From NCBI GenBank assembly GCA_965200965.1, contig OZ241744.1, positions 544,001 to 608,000 on the forward strand: a stretch of 64,000 nucleotides of DNA, read 5' to 3'. This stretch comes from an uncultured Candidatus Binatia bacterium. Lineage in GTDB: Bacteria; Desulfobacterota; Binatia; Bin18. Numbering within the stretch: the stretch's first letter is position 1; each line of letters starts with the position of its first letter. The notes below the pieces were generated by a model that saw only the letters and a program-made list of their open reading frames with translations, ran no database searches and was not told the DNA's origin. Positions 1 to 8,670 of this stretch are shown in pieces. The position numbers and the translations under genes are program-made.

Positions 1-180
1 TTCGGCTTGCAGTATGTCGGCCTAGTTGAGGTGAACTGGCTTGGCATCGAGGCCTATTACGACTCGGCGACGGCTTGGCTGCGGCCCCACGCTGGCAGTT
101 TCCGGGAGTTTATCGTCCGCAATGGACCGTCCGCAGGCATGGCCGGCCTTGGCCTGATGCTTGGCCTGAGGAAAAAATAG
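1..180 (+). CDS. FUN14-domain membrane protein, 3' part (5' end outside window)
   Basis: Frame 1 is open from base 1 to TAG at 178-180: FGLQYVGLVEVNWLGIEAYY...NGPSAGMAGLGLMLGLRKK. The LQYxGxxxVNW motif and Gly-rich hydrophobic C-terminus resemble FUN14. Not in the ORF track. Confidence 0.6.
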   Translation, partial: FGLQYVGLVEVNWLGIEAYYDSATAWLRPHAGSFREFIVRNGPSAGMAGLGLMLGLRKK

Positions 181-182
181 CA

Positions 183-893
183 ATGGCGAACTTTCGGACC
201 CATGTGGCGGTGGCCGCGGTCGGCAGCGGGCTGTTGTCCACGGTCTGTCTAGGGGCCGGGGTGGCGAGTCCGGGCGAGGTGATGGCCCTGTCGGTGGTTG
301 GAACACTGGGCGGGATTCTGCCCGATATTGACTCGGACCATTCCAGCTCGATCAAGATTCTGTTCAGCGCCTTGGGTTTTGTGACCGCCTTCCTGGTCGT
401 CTTCGCCCATGTGGAGCGCTATTCTACCCTTGAACTGTGGCTGTTGTGGCTGCTCGTCTACGCCTGTATCCGCTACCCGGCGTGGCTGGTCTTTACCCGC
501 TTTACCGTCCATCGGGGAGTTTTTCATTCGCTGGTGGCCGGGCTGTTTTTTGGCTTGCTGATGACCAACCTGAGCGCGCTGGTCTTTGCCTGTCGCCCGC
601 TGTTAGCCTGGATCATCGGCGCTTTTGTGTGCTTTGGCTACACGCTCCATCTGCTGCTGGACGAACTCTTCAGCGTTGATTTCATGAACACGCGGCTCAA
701 GCGCTCGTTTGGCACGGCGCTCAAGGTGGTTGATTATGGCAATCTTGGAGCTTCGGCGGCAATGGTCGGGGCGGTGTGTTGCCTGTATCTCATCAGCCCA
801 GACGCCGGCTCCTTTGCCGACATCTTTCTGAATGAAGAGATATACCGGAATATGTACAGCCGGTTTTGGCCCAAGGCCGGCCTGTTTCGCTGA
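183..893 (+). CDS. Membrane-bound metal-dependent hydrolase (YdjM / LexA-binding family)
   Basis: MANFRTH start, GGILPDIDS, HRGVFHSL and HLLLDE motifs, several TM helices. ATG lies 2 nt after the upstream stop. Confidence 0.8.
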   Translation: MANFRTHVAVAAVGSGLLSTVCLGAGVASPGEVMALSVVGTLGGILPDIDSDHSSSIKILFSALGFVTAFLVVFAHVERYSTLELWLLWLLVYACIRYPAWLVFTRFTVHRGVFHSLVAGLFFGLLMTNLSALVFACRPLLAWIIGAFVCFGYTLHLLLDELFSVDFMNTRLKRSFGTALKVVDYGNLGASAAMVGAVCCLYLISPDAGSFADIFLNEEIYRNMYSRFWPKAGLFR

Positions 894-911
894 GGGCTGG
901 GCAAGCTCCGC

Positions 912-2078
912 TCAGGCCGCTTTGCTCAACAAGCGCTGCCGAACTGTGGTGTCCGTAGCCAGATCGACCGCAGTCCAGGCCAGTGCTAGCGCCCCGTCGA
1001 CCAGCGCTTTTTCCGCGGCAGGGCTGATGCAGTGGGTGGCAAACTCGGGCTGGTGGTTGACGGCCGGCAGCGAGTCAATGCCGATGGCCGGGTGAATAGA
1101 CGGCAGGGCCAGCGAAACATTGCCCATGTCGGTTGAGCCGGCCGACTTTTCCAGGCTGGGTCCCAGGTCCGGGAAACTGCGGCCTAGGGTTTCGGCGTTG
1201 CGCCGGTAGGCGGCGGCCATATCCGGGTCGTGGTGCATTTCGGCGTACGGTTTCTCACCGCCAACGATCTCCAGGCCGGAGCCGGTTGCCAAGGCCCCGG
1301 CTTCAAAACAGCGTTGGACTTTTTCCTTGATCTCGGCCAAGTCTTCAATCGTCTCGGCCCGCACAATATAGCGGGCCGTCGTGCGGGCCGGAATCACATT
1401 CGGCGCGTCCCCGCCTTTGGTAATAATGCCGTGAATACGGTCGCTGGAGCGAATGTGCTGGCGCAGCAGACCAATTGCCGTCTGGGCAACGGTCAGCGCG
1501 TCCGCGGCGTTGATGCCGCGTTCGGGAAAAGCCGAGGCGTGAGCCTCTTTGCCGGTGTAACACACGTCAAACATGGAGGCGGCAATAATCGGAAACTCCA
1601 CAATATCCACCGGGGCCGGGTGCGCCATCATGGCCGCGTGGAGGCCGCGAAAGCCGCCGCGCTCTAAGAGCAGAATCTTCCCCCCGCCGTCGCACACCTC
1701 CTCGGCCGGTGTGCCAATCACGCTGACCGTCAGCCCGACCTCATCGGCAATTTTGGCCGCGGCAATGCCCGCCCCAAGGCCCATAGCGGCGATAAGATTA
1801 TGCCCGCAGGCATGGCCGATCTCGGGCAGACAGTCGTACTCGGCGCAAATGCCGATGTGCAGCGGTCCGCTGCCGGCCCGCGCCACAAACGCGGTCGGCA
1901 TATCGCAGATGCCGGTCTCAACCTGAAAGCCGGCCTTGGCTAGGCTCTCGGATAGCCAAGCCGCGGCTTTTTCTTCCTCGTAACCCAACTCAGGGTTAGC
2001 ATGAATCCGGTGGCTGAGTTCAATCAGCTCGTCGCGTACACTCTCAAAACGTTCTTGGGCTCCGGCTTTGGCGTCCAT
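912..2078 (-). CDS. M20 family amidohydrolase (PM20D2/AbgB-like)
   Basis: IHANPELGYEE, AEYDCLP, GHACGHNLI, GTPAEE and GSTDMGNVS motifs. ATG at 2078 preceded by GGGAGG. Confidence 0.9.
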   Translation of the reverse strand: MDAKAGAQERFESVRDELIELSHRIHANPELGYEEEKAAAWLSESLAKAGFQVETGICDMPTAFVARAGSGPLHIGICAEYDCLPEIGHACGHNLIAAMGLGAGIAAAKIADEVGLTVSVIGTPAEEVCDGGGKILLLERGGFRGLHAAMMAHPAPVDIVEFPIIAASMFDVCYTGKEAHASAFPERGINAADALTVAQTAIGLLRQHIRSSDRIHGIITKGGDAPNVIPARTTARYIVRAETIEDLAEIKEKVQRCFEAGALATGSGLEIVGGEKPYAEMHHDPDMAAAYRRNAETLGRSFPDLGPSLEKSAGSTDMGNVSLALPSIHPAIGIDSLPAVNHQPEFATHCISPAAEKALVDGALALAWTAVDLATDTTVRQRLLSKAA

Positions 2079-2268
2079 GCTGTCCTCCCGCCCGGCGTCA
2101 AGACTGAGGCGCGACGCTAGCACGCTGGGCTGAGAACGGCAACAATTTTTTGGTCGCCCCGCGCCTGTGTTGCAGTTCCGGCGGGCTTGTGCTTTGAAAT
2201 TAGCAGCAAAGGAGGACCCTGCGTGATTCTTTCTCCAACCGTGTTTGATGCCTTCGGAGGCTGAGCCA

Positions 2269-2670
2269 ATGGCCAACCGTTCTGCCGCTCCGACCGTCGC
2301 CGCGGTCCGCATTGATCGCTGGCTGTGGGCCACCCGCCTCTACAAAAGCCGCTCGCTGGCCGCGGACGCCTGCGACGGGGGCAAGGGCAAGGTCAACGGA
2401 CATACTGCCAGACCGCACAAGCCGGTCCGGGCTGGCGACGCGGTGAGCGTCACCCATCCGGCCGGCCACAAAGAGTTCACGGTCGTTGCCCTGGCAGAGC
2501 GGCCCGGCCTGGCCTCTGAGGCGCGCCTGCTGTACGAAGATCACTCTCCGCCACCTCCGTCTGGCAAGGAGCGGAGCGTCTTCGCGCCGTCCCAGTTTCG
2601 GCCCCGCGGCGTACGCCGACCGACCAAGCGCGAGCGCCGCCAGATCGAGAGAGTGCGGGGACACAGGTAG
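2269..2670 (+). CDS. hslR: Ribosome-associated heat shock protein Hsp15 (S4 domain)
   Basis: RIDRWLWATRLYKSRSLA...GKVNG S4 motif and C-terminal RPTKRERRQ. Confidence 0.85.
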   Translation: MANRSAAPTVAAVRIDRWLWATRLYKSRSLAADACDGGKGKVNGHTARPHKPVRAGDAVSVTHPAGHKEFTVVALAERPGLASEARLLYEDHSPPPPSGKERSVFAPSQFRPRGVRRPTKRERRQIERVRGHR

Positions 2671-2674
2671 GCGT

Positions 2675-3781
2675 ATGATCGATCTGCGCAGCGACACCGT
2701 CACCCAGCCCAGCCCGGCCATGCGTCAGGCCGTCGCCCAGGCCGAGTTGGGCGACGACGTGATGGCTGAAGACCCCAGCGTCAACCGTCTCGAAGCCCTG
2801 GCCGCCGAGTTGCTGGGCAAAGAGGCCGCGCTGCTGGTGGCCAGCGGGACGATGGGCAATCTCGTCTCGGTGCTGAGCCACTGTCGGCGTGGCGCAGAGG
2901 TGATTGTGGGCGATCAGGCGCACATCTACTACTATGAGGCCGGGGGGGTGTCGGCTTTGGGCGGCTGTGTGTTCCACCCGGTGCCGACCGGGCGCTTTGG
3001 CGAGCTGGCTGTCGGCGAGTTGGAGCGGGCGATTCGGCCGGCCGAGAGCGATATTCACGCCGCTCCGGCCGGGGTGCTGTGCCTGGAAAACACCCATAAT
3101 CGCTGTGGTGGCACGGTCTTGTCCGGGTCCTATCTGGAGTCGGTCCGATCCCTGACCGACCGCCTCGGCCTGCCGATTCATCTCGATGGCTCGCGGATTT
3201 TTAACGCCGCGGTGGCCGGTGGCTGTGGTGTCAAAGAACTGGCCAGTCAGTCTGACTCGGTCCAGTTCTGTCTGTCCAAGGGCTTAGCCGCCCCGGTTGG
3301 GTCGCTGGTGTGTGGCAGCGCCGACTTTATCGCCCAGGCCCGGCGCTACCGCAAAATGCTCGGCGGTGGGATGCGCCAGGCCGGAATTATTGCTGCGGCC
3401 GGCATTGTGGCCCTGACCGAAATGGTTGACCGCCTTGAAGAAGATCACACCAACGCCCGGATGCTGGCCCACGCGCTGGCCGAGTTGCCCGGCCTCCAGC
3501 TTGACCTGGAAACCGTTCAGACCAACCTGGTGATTTTTCGGGTTGCGGACAACGCACCTGACGAGGGCGTGTTCGTCGCCCGGCTGGCCGAGGCCGGGGT
3601 CAGGATCGGAGCCCTGGGCCAGGGGCGTTTGCGGGCAGTGACCCACTACGGACTGACCGAGCGGCATATCCACGACGCCGTGCGGATTATTGGCACGGTG
3701 TGGAAGGAGTTGCGGGGACAGACACGCCACCTGTCCTTGCCCGAACCCCAAAGGAGGAAAACCCATGATCAAAGGCATTGA
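2675..3781 (+). CDS. ltaE: Low-specificity L-threonine aldolase
   Basis: MIDLRSDTVT, SGTMGNL, LENTHNRCGG, HLDGSR, CLSKGL (PLP lysine), GGGMRQAG. Confidence 0.92.
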   Translation: MIDLRSDTVTQPSPAMRQAVAQAELGDDVMAEDPSVNRLEALAAELLGKEAALLVASGTMGNLVSVLSHCRRGAEVIVGDQAHIYYYEAGGVSALGGCVFHPVPTGRFGELAVGELERAIRPAESDIHAAPAGVLCLENTHNRCGGTVLSGSYLESVRSLTDRLGLPIHLDGSRIFNAAVAGGCGVKELASQSDSVQFCLSKGLAAPVGSLVCGSADFIAQARRYRKMLGGGMRQAGIIAAAGIVALTEMVDRLEEDHTNARMLAHALAELPGLQLDLETVQTNLVIFRVADNAPDEGVFVARLAEAGVRIGALGQGRLRAVTHYGLTERHIHDAVRIIGTVWKELRGQTRHLSLPEPQRRKTHDQRH

Positions 3782-4154
3782 TAACGTTGGCGTGGCAGTG
3801 ACCGATCTGGTCCGTTCGGTCGCCTTCTATGAAAAGTTGGGTTTTCACAAAGGCGATGAGTACGAGGCCGAGGTCAAGGGTTGTACAATGAGCTCAGAGC
3901 GCGCGGTCTTGTTTCTGTTTCAGACCAGACAGCTCAAGCCCCAAACCGTCCACCGAGAGGCCAGTCTGGCCCACAATCCGCCCGGCCTGGACCATATCAG
4001 CTTCCTGGTTGAGGATGTGAACCAGTCCTATGCCGAGTGCCAAGCCAGGGGGGTCGCCTTCCTGGGCGAGCCCGAAGATCAGGACTGGGGGGCCAGGATT
4101 GTGGGCTTCAAAGACCCCGACGGCAATACCCTGTATTTCTTGCAGTATCTCTAA
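3765..4154 (+). CDS. VOC / glyoxalase family protein
   Basis: IDNVGVAVTDL, GLDHISFLVED, FKDPDGN. AGGAGG RBS. Confidence 0.85.
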   Translation: MIKGIDNVGVAVTDLVRSVAFYEKLGFHKGDEYEAEVKGCTMSSERAVLFLFQTRQLKPQTVHREASLAHNPPGLDHISFLVEDVNQSYAECQARGVAFLGEPEDQDWGARIVGFKDPDGNTLYFLQYL

Positions 4155-4173
4155 CTAAGGAAAGGAGTCGCGT

Positions 4174-5145
4174 ATGACGACCATTCACACCGTAACCGGG
4201 ACCTGTACACCCGAGGATTTAGGCTTTACCCTGATCCATGAACACCTGACCGCCGGCTTTCCCGGCTGGGAGTTTGACAATGCCGGTTTTGACCGCCTGG
4301 GCGAGATGGCCACGGTGGTTGGTAAGCTCAAGGAGATCAAAGAGTTGGGCGTCACCTCGCTCGTTGATCCCTGCCCGATGGAGCTTGGCCGGGACCCGGA
4401 GTTTGCCCTTGAGGCGGCCGAAAAGTCGGGCGTGCAGATCATCATGGCGACCGGCCTGTACAATGAGGCGCTCGGTATTCCGCCCCACTTTCGCAGCCTG
4501 GATGCCGATGCCATTGCCGAGGTCTACGAGCGTGAGTTGACCGAGGGCATGAACGCAACCGGGATCAAACCGGGTATCATCAAGACGGCCACCGGAGGGA
4601 TTCCGGGCATGACCGCTACCGCGACCGACATTGCCCCGTGTGAGGAGACCTGTTTGCGGGCCGCGGCCCGGGCCCACAAGGCGACCGGTGCTCCGATCCT
4701 GTGCCACAACGACGAACTCGGGCCGCTGGGGCGTCAGACGCTCGACATCTTTGAAGACGAGGGTGTGGATTTTAACAGCGTGCTGATCGGTCATGCCTGT
4801 GGCGTGGGCGACATGCGCTACTACTTCGACATCCTGGAGCGGGGGGCCTGGATCGGTTTTGACCGCTTCGGCATAGAGACAATCGCCTCGGACAAGATGC
4901 GCCTAGCCTCGCTGATCGGTCTGCTGGCGGTCGGCTTTGACCGCATCATGCTCTCCCACGACCATGTGAGTTGCTGGCTGGGTCGGGTCAGCGACGACTG
5001 GCAGAAGTTCATGGACGCCTGCCCCAACTGGGGCTACTCCCACATCATGAAGAACATCCTGCCCCAGCTCAGCAAAGCCGGCGTCAGTGAGGGCACAATT
5101 CGGACGCTGACGGTGGAGAACCCCAGGAGTTATTTTAGTGGCTAG
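4174..5145 (+). CDS. Phosphotriesterase-like lactonase (amidohydrolase superfamily)
   Basis: LGFTLIHEHL, GRDP, GIIKTA (carboxy-Lys), CHN, IGHA and LSHD ligands, C-terminal VENP. Confidence 0.88.
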   Translation: MTTIHTVTGTCTPEDLGFTLIHEHLTAGFPGWEFDNAGFDRLGEMATVVGKLKEIKELGVTSLVDPCPMELGRDPEFALEAAEKSGVQIIMATGLYNEALGIPPHFRSLDADAIAEVYERELTEGMNATGIKPGIIKTATGGIPGMTATATDIAPCEETCLRAAARAHKATGAPILCHNDELGPLGRQTLDIFEDEGVDFNSVLIGHACGVGDMRYYFDILERGAWIGFDRFGIETIASDKMRLASLIGLLAVGFDRIMLSHDHVSCWLGRVSDDWQKFMDACPNWGYSHIMKNILPQLSKAGVSEGTIRTLTVENPRSYFSG

Positions 5146-5623
5146 GAACAAGACGGCTTGGCCGCTGGGCGTCGGGCTGATCGTGGCCCTGACCGTACTG
5201 ACCACGCTGCGAGAAGAGGCCCCCGCTCCTCCGCCTCGTCAGGACACCGCCCCTGAGCGTGTGGCCGGCCAAGCGAAGAGCGGCCCTCCGCCCGTCCTGG
5301 CTGCCAGACCGCCGATGGTCAGCCGGGACGGGACGCAGGTCGGGCTTGACCCGAGCACGGGTCGGCTGCTGCCCCCTCACCCGGCTCAGAGAAAGTCCCT
5401 GGCCAATGCGCTGCGCAAACAGTTTGCCTCTGTCAGACGCGCGCCGGACTATTTCGCCGACGGGACGATTTCTGTCGTGGTCGCGACAGAGCGTCTGAAC
5501 TTCTCCGTCGCCCGGGTCAACGAGCGGGGGGTGCCGGAGATGAGCTGCGTGTCGGGTCTGGAGCAGGCGGCGACTGTTCTTGAAACGGACGGCTACAGCG
5601 GGCCGCTGCGGGCGGAGGAGTAA
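5138..5623 (+). CDS. Small exported protein resembling the 'post-PEP-CTERM-1' domain family; partner of the downstream peptidase
   Basis: N-terminal hydrophobic anchor, then LDPSTGRLLPP...DGTISVVV...FSVARVNERG..EMSCV. Stop overlaps the next ATG (TAATG). Confidence 0.55.
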   Translation: MARNKTAWPLGVGLIVALTVLTTLREEAPAPPPRQDTAPERVAGQAKSGPPPVLAARPPMVSRDGTQVGLDPSTGRLLPPHPAQRKSLANALRKQFASVRRAPDYFADGTISVVVATERLNFSVARVNERGVPEMSCVSGLEQAATVLETDGYSGPLRAEE

Positions 5624-7077
5624 TGTCTCGATGGCGACACGCCGGCCTAGTCGGCGTCGTGAGCTGGCTGGCCCTGCTCACGACGGTCTGGGCCGGGGTG
5701 ACAATTCGGGTCAACAACGTTGATCCGGCTGAAACGGGCCTCAACGCTCCCACTCCGGTCAGTCCGGTCGGCGACAACCCCGGCCAGACGCTAGGGGAGC
5801 AACGGATCAATGTGCTGCGCTTTGCCGCCGAGTTGTGGGGCAGCCTGCTCAAAGGCGAGGTAGACATTATCGTCCAGGCGACCTTTCGGCCTCTGCCGTG
5901 CAGTCCGACCACCGCAGTACTCGGCGCGGCCGGGCCGGTCCGCGTATTTGCCAACTTTCCGGCAACGGCCATCAACGCGCGGACGTGGTACCACGCAGCG
6001 CTGGCCAACCAGATTGTGGGTTTTGATCTCAGTCCCGGAGGACCTGACGCGGCGCTGGCCGGTCCGCCCTTTCAGGACGACATGGTGGCCTATTTTAACA
6101 GCGCCGTAGACGGCAACAGCGCCTGTCTGCCCGGCAACTGGTATTATGGCCTGGACAATGCGTCGCCCGCGGGTGATATGGCCCTGCTCAATGTGGTCAT
6201 GCATGAGTTTGCTCACGGGCTGGGCCTGACCAGTCTTATTGATGAGACCTCGGGTCAGACACCCTTGGATTTCCCTGACCGCTACTCAACCTTTGTCCTG
6301 GATACCACCACGAACAAACATTTCCACGAGATGAGTGCCGCAGAGCGCCTGGACGCCCAGGTCAGCCGTGACACCATTGTCTGGGATGGACCGGCCACAA
6401 CGCAGGCCGCCCCAGAGATTCTGGATTTGCAGGCCGAGCTGATCGTGGACTCGCCGCCCGGTCTTGCCGGGCACTATCCGGTGACCCGCGCGGATTTTGG
6501 GCCGGCTCCAAGTCCTGACGCAGAATACGCCGGGCTTGAGTTGGTGGATGACAGGATTGGAGATCCGACCGATGGCTGTGAGCCGCTAGAGAAAAAGCTG
6601 CGCGGCCGCATCGCCTTCATCAACCGGGGCACCTGCCCGTTTGCGCTCAAGGTTGCCCACGCCGAGGCGGCCGGAGCCAGCGCGGTCGTGATTCGGAATA
6701 CAACCGGCGGGCCGCTCATCATGGACGCGGCCAACAGCCGCAGTCGCATCCCGGCCGTGAGCATCTCTCAGCACCACGGCGATGTGCTGCTGTCCGCTCT
6801 GCCGCGGACCGACATGCGGGCCGCACTCAGGCTCCATCCCGACCGTTTGGTCGGGGCCGACCAGAGCGGCTTTGTTCGGCTGTACGCGCCCGACCCGGTT
6901 GAGCCTGGCTCGTCAATTGCCCATATTGACCCGAGCGCTTCGCCCAATCTGCTCATGGAACCCTTTTTGAGTGGCGATCTTGATGCGGCCACCGACCTTG
7001 ATCTGACGCCTTTTCTGCTCACAGACCTGGGCTGGCGGCTGGCCGAGGAGACCGACAGCCCGGAAGCGCCCGAGTAG
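5623..7077 (+). CDS. Secreted zinc metallopeptidase with PA (protease-associated) domain
   Basis: Signal peptide, HEFAHGLG zincin motif, PA domain (DGCEPL...IAFINRGTCPFALKVAHAEAAGASAVVI), C-terminal PGSSIAH...NLLMEP. Confidence 0.82.
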   Translation: MSRWRHAGLVGVVSWLALLTTVWAGVTIRVNNVDPAETGLNAPTPVSPVGDNPGQTLGEQRINVLRFAAELWGSLLKGEVDIIVQATFRPLPCSPTTAVLGAAGPVRVFANFPATAINARTWYHAALANQIVGFDLSPGGPDAALAGPPFQDDMVAYFNSAVDGNSACLPGNWYYGLDNASPAGDMALLNVVMHEFAHGLGLTSLIDETSGQTPLDFPDRYSTFVLDTTTNKHFHEMSAAERLDAQVSRDTIVWDGPATTQAAPEILDLQAELIVDSPPGLAGHYPVTRADFGPAPSPDAEYAGLELVDDRIGDPTDGCEPLEKKLRGRIAFINRGTCPFALKVAHAEAAGASAVVIRNTTGGPLIMDAANSRSRIPAVSISQHHGDVLLSALPRTDMRAALRLHPDRLVGADQSGFVRLYAPDPVEPGSSIAHIDPSASPNLLMEPFLSGDLDAATDLDLTPFLLTDLGWRLAEETDSPEAPE

Positions 7078-7111
7078 GGCGGGCGCGGGTCAGCGGAGAC
7101 CGCGCCCGCCC
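7077..7111. terminator. GC-rich stem-loop between convergent genes (terminator or REP-like)
   Basis: GGGCGGGCGCGG-N11-CCGCGCCCGCCC, a perfect 12-bp inverted repeat. No U-tract. Confidence 0.5.
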
Positions 7112-7388
7112 CAGCCCATCTTCCAGAGGGGAGTGTCGGCTCGGATATCCCGGCTCTTCCACCTCCGGCAACCGCCTCACCTGGGACAACAAGCGCGAGC
7201 ACACTGCCAGCGACCGTGCTGCGGCAGCTGGTGCAGACCTGCGGATGGCATACGGTTTGCCCCTGCGAACAGAAATGCCCCGACGGAATGCGGGCAGGGC
7301 CGGTGTGCAGTCCGTCAAAAAGGCCAGTTCCCCCAACAGGGCGAGTGGGCGGAGCACGGACCTCCAGCCCCAGGAGACCCCAGCAGGG

Positions 7389-8440
7389 CTAGAGGTCGCT
7401 GCTGACCGTCTGGTTCGCGCCCCCGCTGATGCTGCTCCGCCTCCCGCTCGCCCGGTTGTTGTACCCCCCGCTCACGCTCGCCGCTTCCCCTGTCGCCCGG
7501 TTCGCTACGCCGCCGCTGACGCTGGCCGCTGTGCTAGTCGCCATGTTCTCCCGGCCGCCGCTGACGCTGGCGTACTCCCCACTGGCTTCGTTCAAGTAGC
7601 CGCCGCTGACGCTGGTGTACCACTCGCTGGCGTCGTTCTCCCGGCCGCCGCTGACGCTGGCGTACCGCTCGCTGGCGTCGTTCAAGTAGCCGCCGCTGAC
7701 GCTGGCGTACTCCGCGCTGGCTTCGTTCTCCCGGCCGCCGCTGACGCTCGAGCCTACAAAGCTGGCCGTGTTGAATTGGCCGCCGCTGATGCTCGCGCGG
7801 TGGGCGCTAGCCGTGCTGTGCCCGCCGCCGCTGACGCTTGAGCGGGGCCCGCTGGCCGTGTTCCCTACGCCCCCGCTGACGGCGGCGTTCAGACCGGAGA
7901 TGGTATTGCCACGTCCCACCACCAGTCCCCCGGAACTGGTGTACTGATGAGCAGCCCCGATTACCAGGTTATGCGAGCCACTCCGCTTGGCCGTATCGGC
8001 GATGAGCGCTTCGTTGTAGCCAATAATCAGATTGCCCAGCCCGACAGGAATGCTATTCCAGTCTTGTTGTCCGGCTGGACGCCACACCCTATCGGTCACG
8101 CCTGACCCGCTGCGGATATGGACATTGGCCCCGGTGAAGATCACATGCGGGCCTTTGAGGCCGTGGTAAGTGCTTGTGGCCGCGTTCTCGACGACCTGAA
8201 TGTAGCGGGTCAGACTCTGGAAGGCAGTCACGGAGGCCTGGAGGCTGGCCGCGGTGTCCTCTAGGCTGGCTACGGAGGCGCGCAGGCTGGCCACGGAGAC
8301 CTGTAGGCTGGCCACCGTGGTCTCCAAGGTGTTCACCCTGGTCTCTAAGGCAGCGATATCTGTGGTGAGGTCTGGCTCCAGCCTGGGCTGGTTCCGAACA
8401 GGATGGCGAACAGGCACACAAACAGGATGGTAGGGCGCAT
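7389..8440 (-). pseudogene. Exported coiled-coil + SVSGG-repeat (beta-helix/adhesin-like) protein, frameshifted just after the signal peptide
   Basis: ATG at 8440 with AGAAAGGA RBS encodes MRPTILFVCLFAILFGTSPGWSQT. The body (LTTDIAALETRVNTLE..., GLGNLIIGYNE, GSHNLVIG, SVSGG repeats) is in another frame. The 1052-nt span is 1 nt short of a full ORF. Confidence 0.7.
7410..7890 (-). repeat. Intragenic 42-bp (14-aa) tandem repeats, xASVSGGxxNxAS
   Basis: GCCGCCGCTGACGCT recurs at 42-bp spacing. Central units alternate REN/YLN, giving an 84-bp higher-order period. Confidence 0.9.
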
Positions 8441-8670
8441 AACAGCAATCCTTTCTGCCTTCAACAGAGGCGGCACAGCAGTAAATATGACACTACCATA
8501 AGCTTGGTTGCTGGCGGGTTGTCAAGGTTCGCCGCGGCTCACCAAGCGGGCACGAATTGCAAGCTCCGGCTCCTACCGCCTTGACCCTTCAGGCTTTTGG
8601 GCCTATGGAGGGCTGAGAAACTGGCCCGCCTGACCGGGCGTATGCTGTGAGTGCAGAATGGAGACAAGCC

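Noticed and set aside
2269-5145. hslR-ltaE-VOC-phosphotriesterase as a dedicated pathway
   Set aside because: The genes are co-directional but I can support no functional link. All are common families.
7245-7841. 198-aa plus-strand ORF with AAADAG repeats
   Set aside because: Antisense shadow of the SVSGG repeat gene. No RBS or independent features.
8495-8525. TTGACA...TATGGT promoter for the repeat-protein gene
   Set aside because: The 19-nt spacing is suboptimal, so it is too weak to list as a feature.
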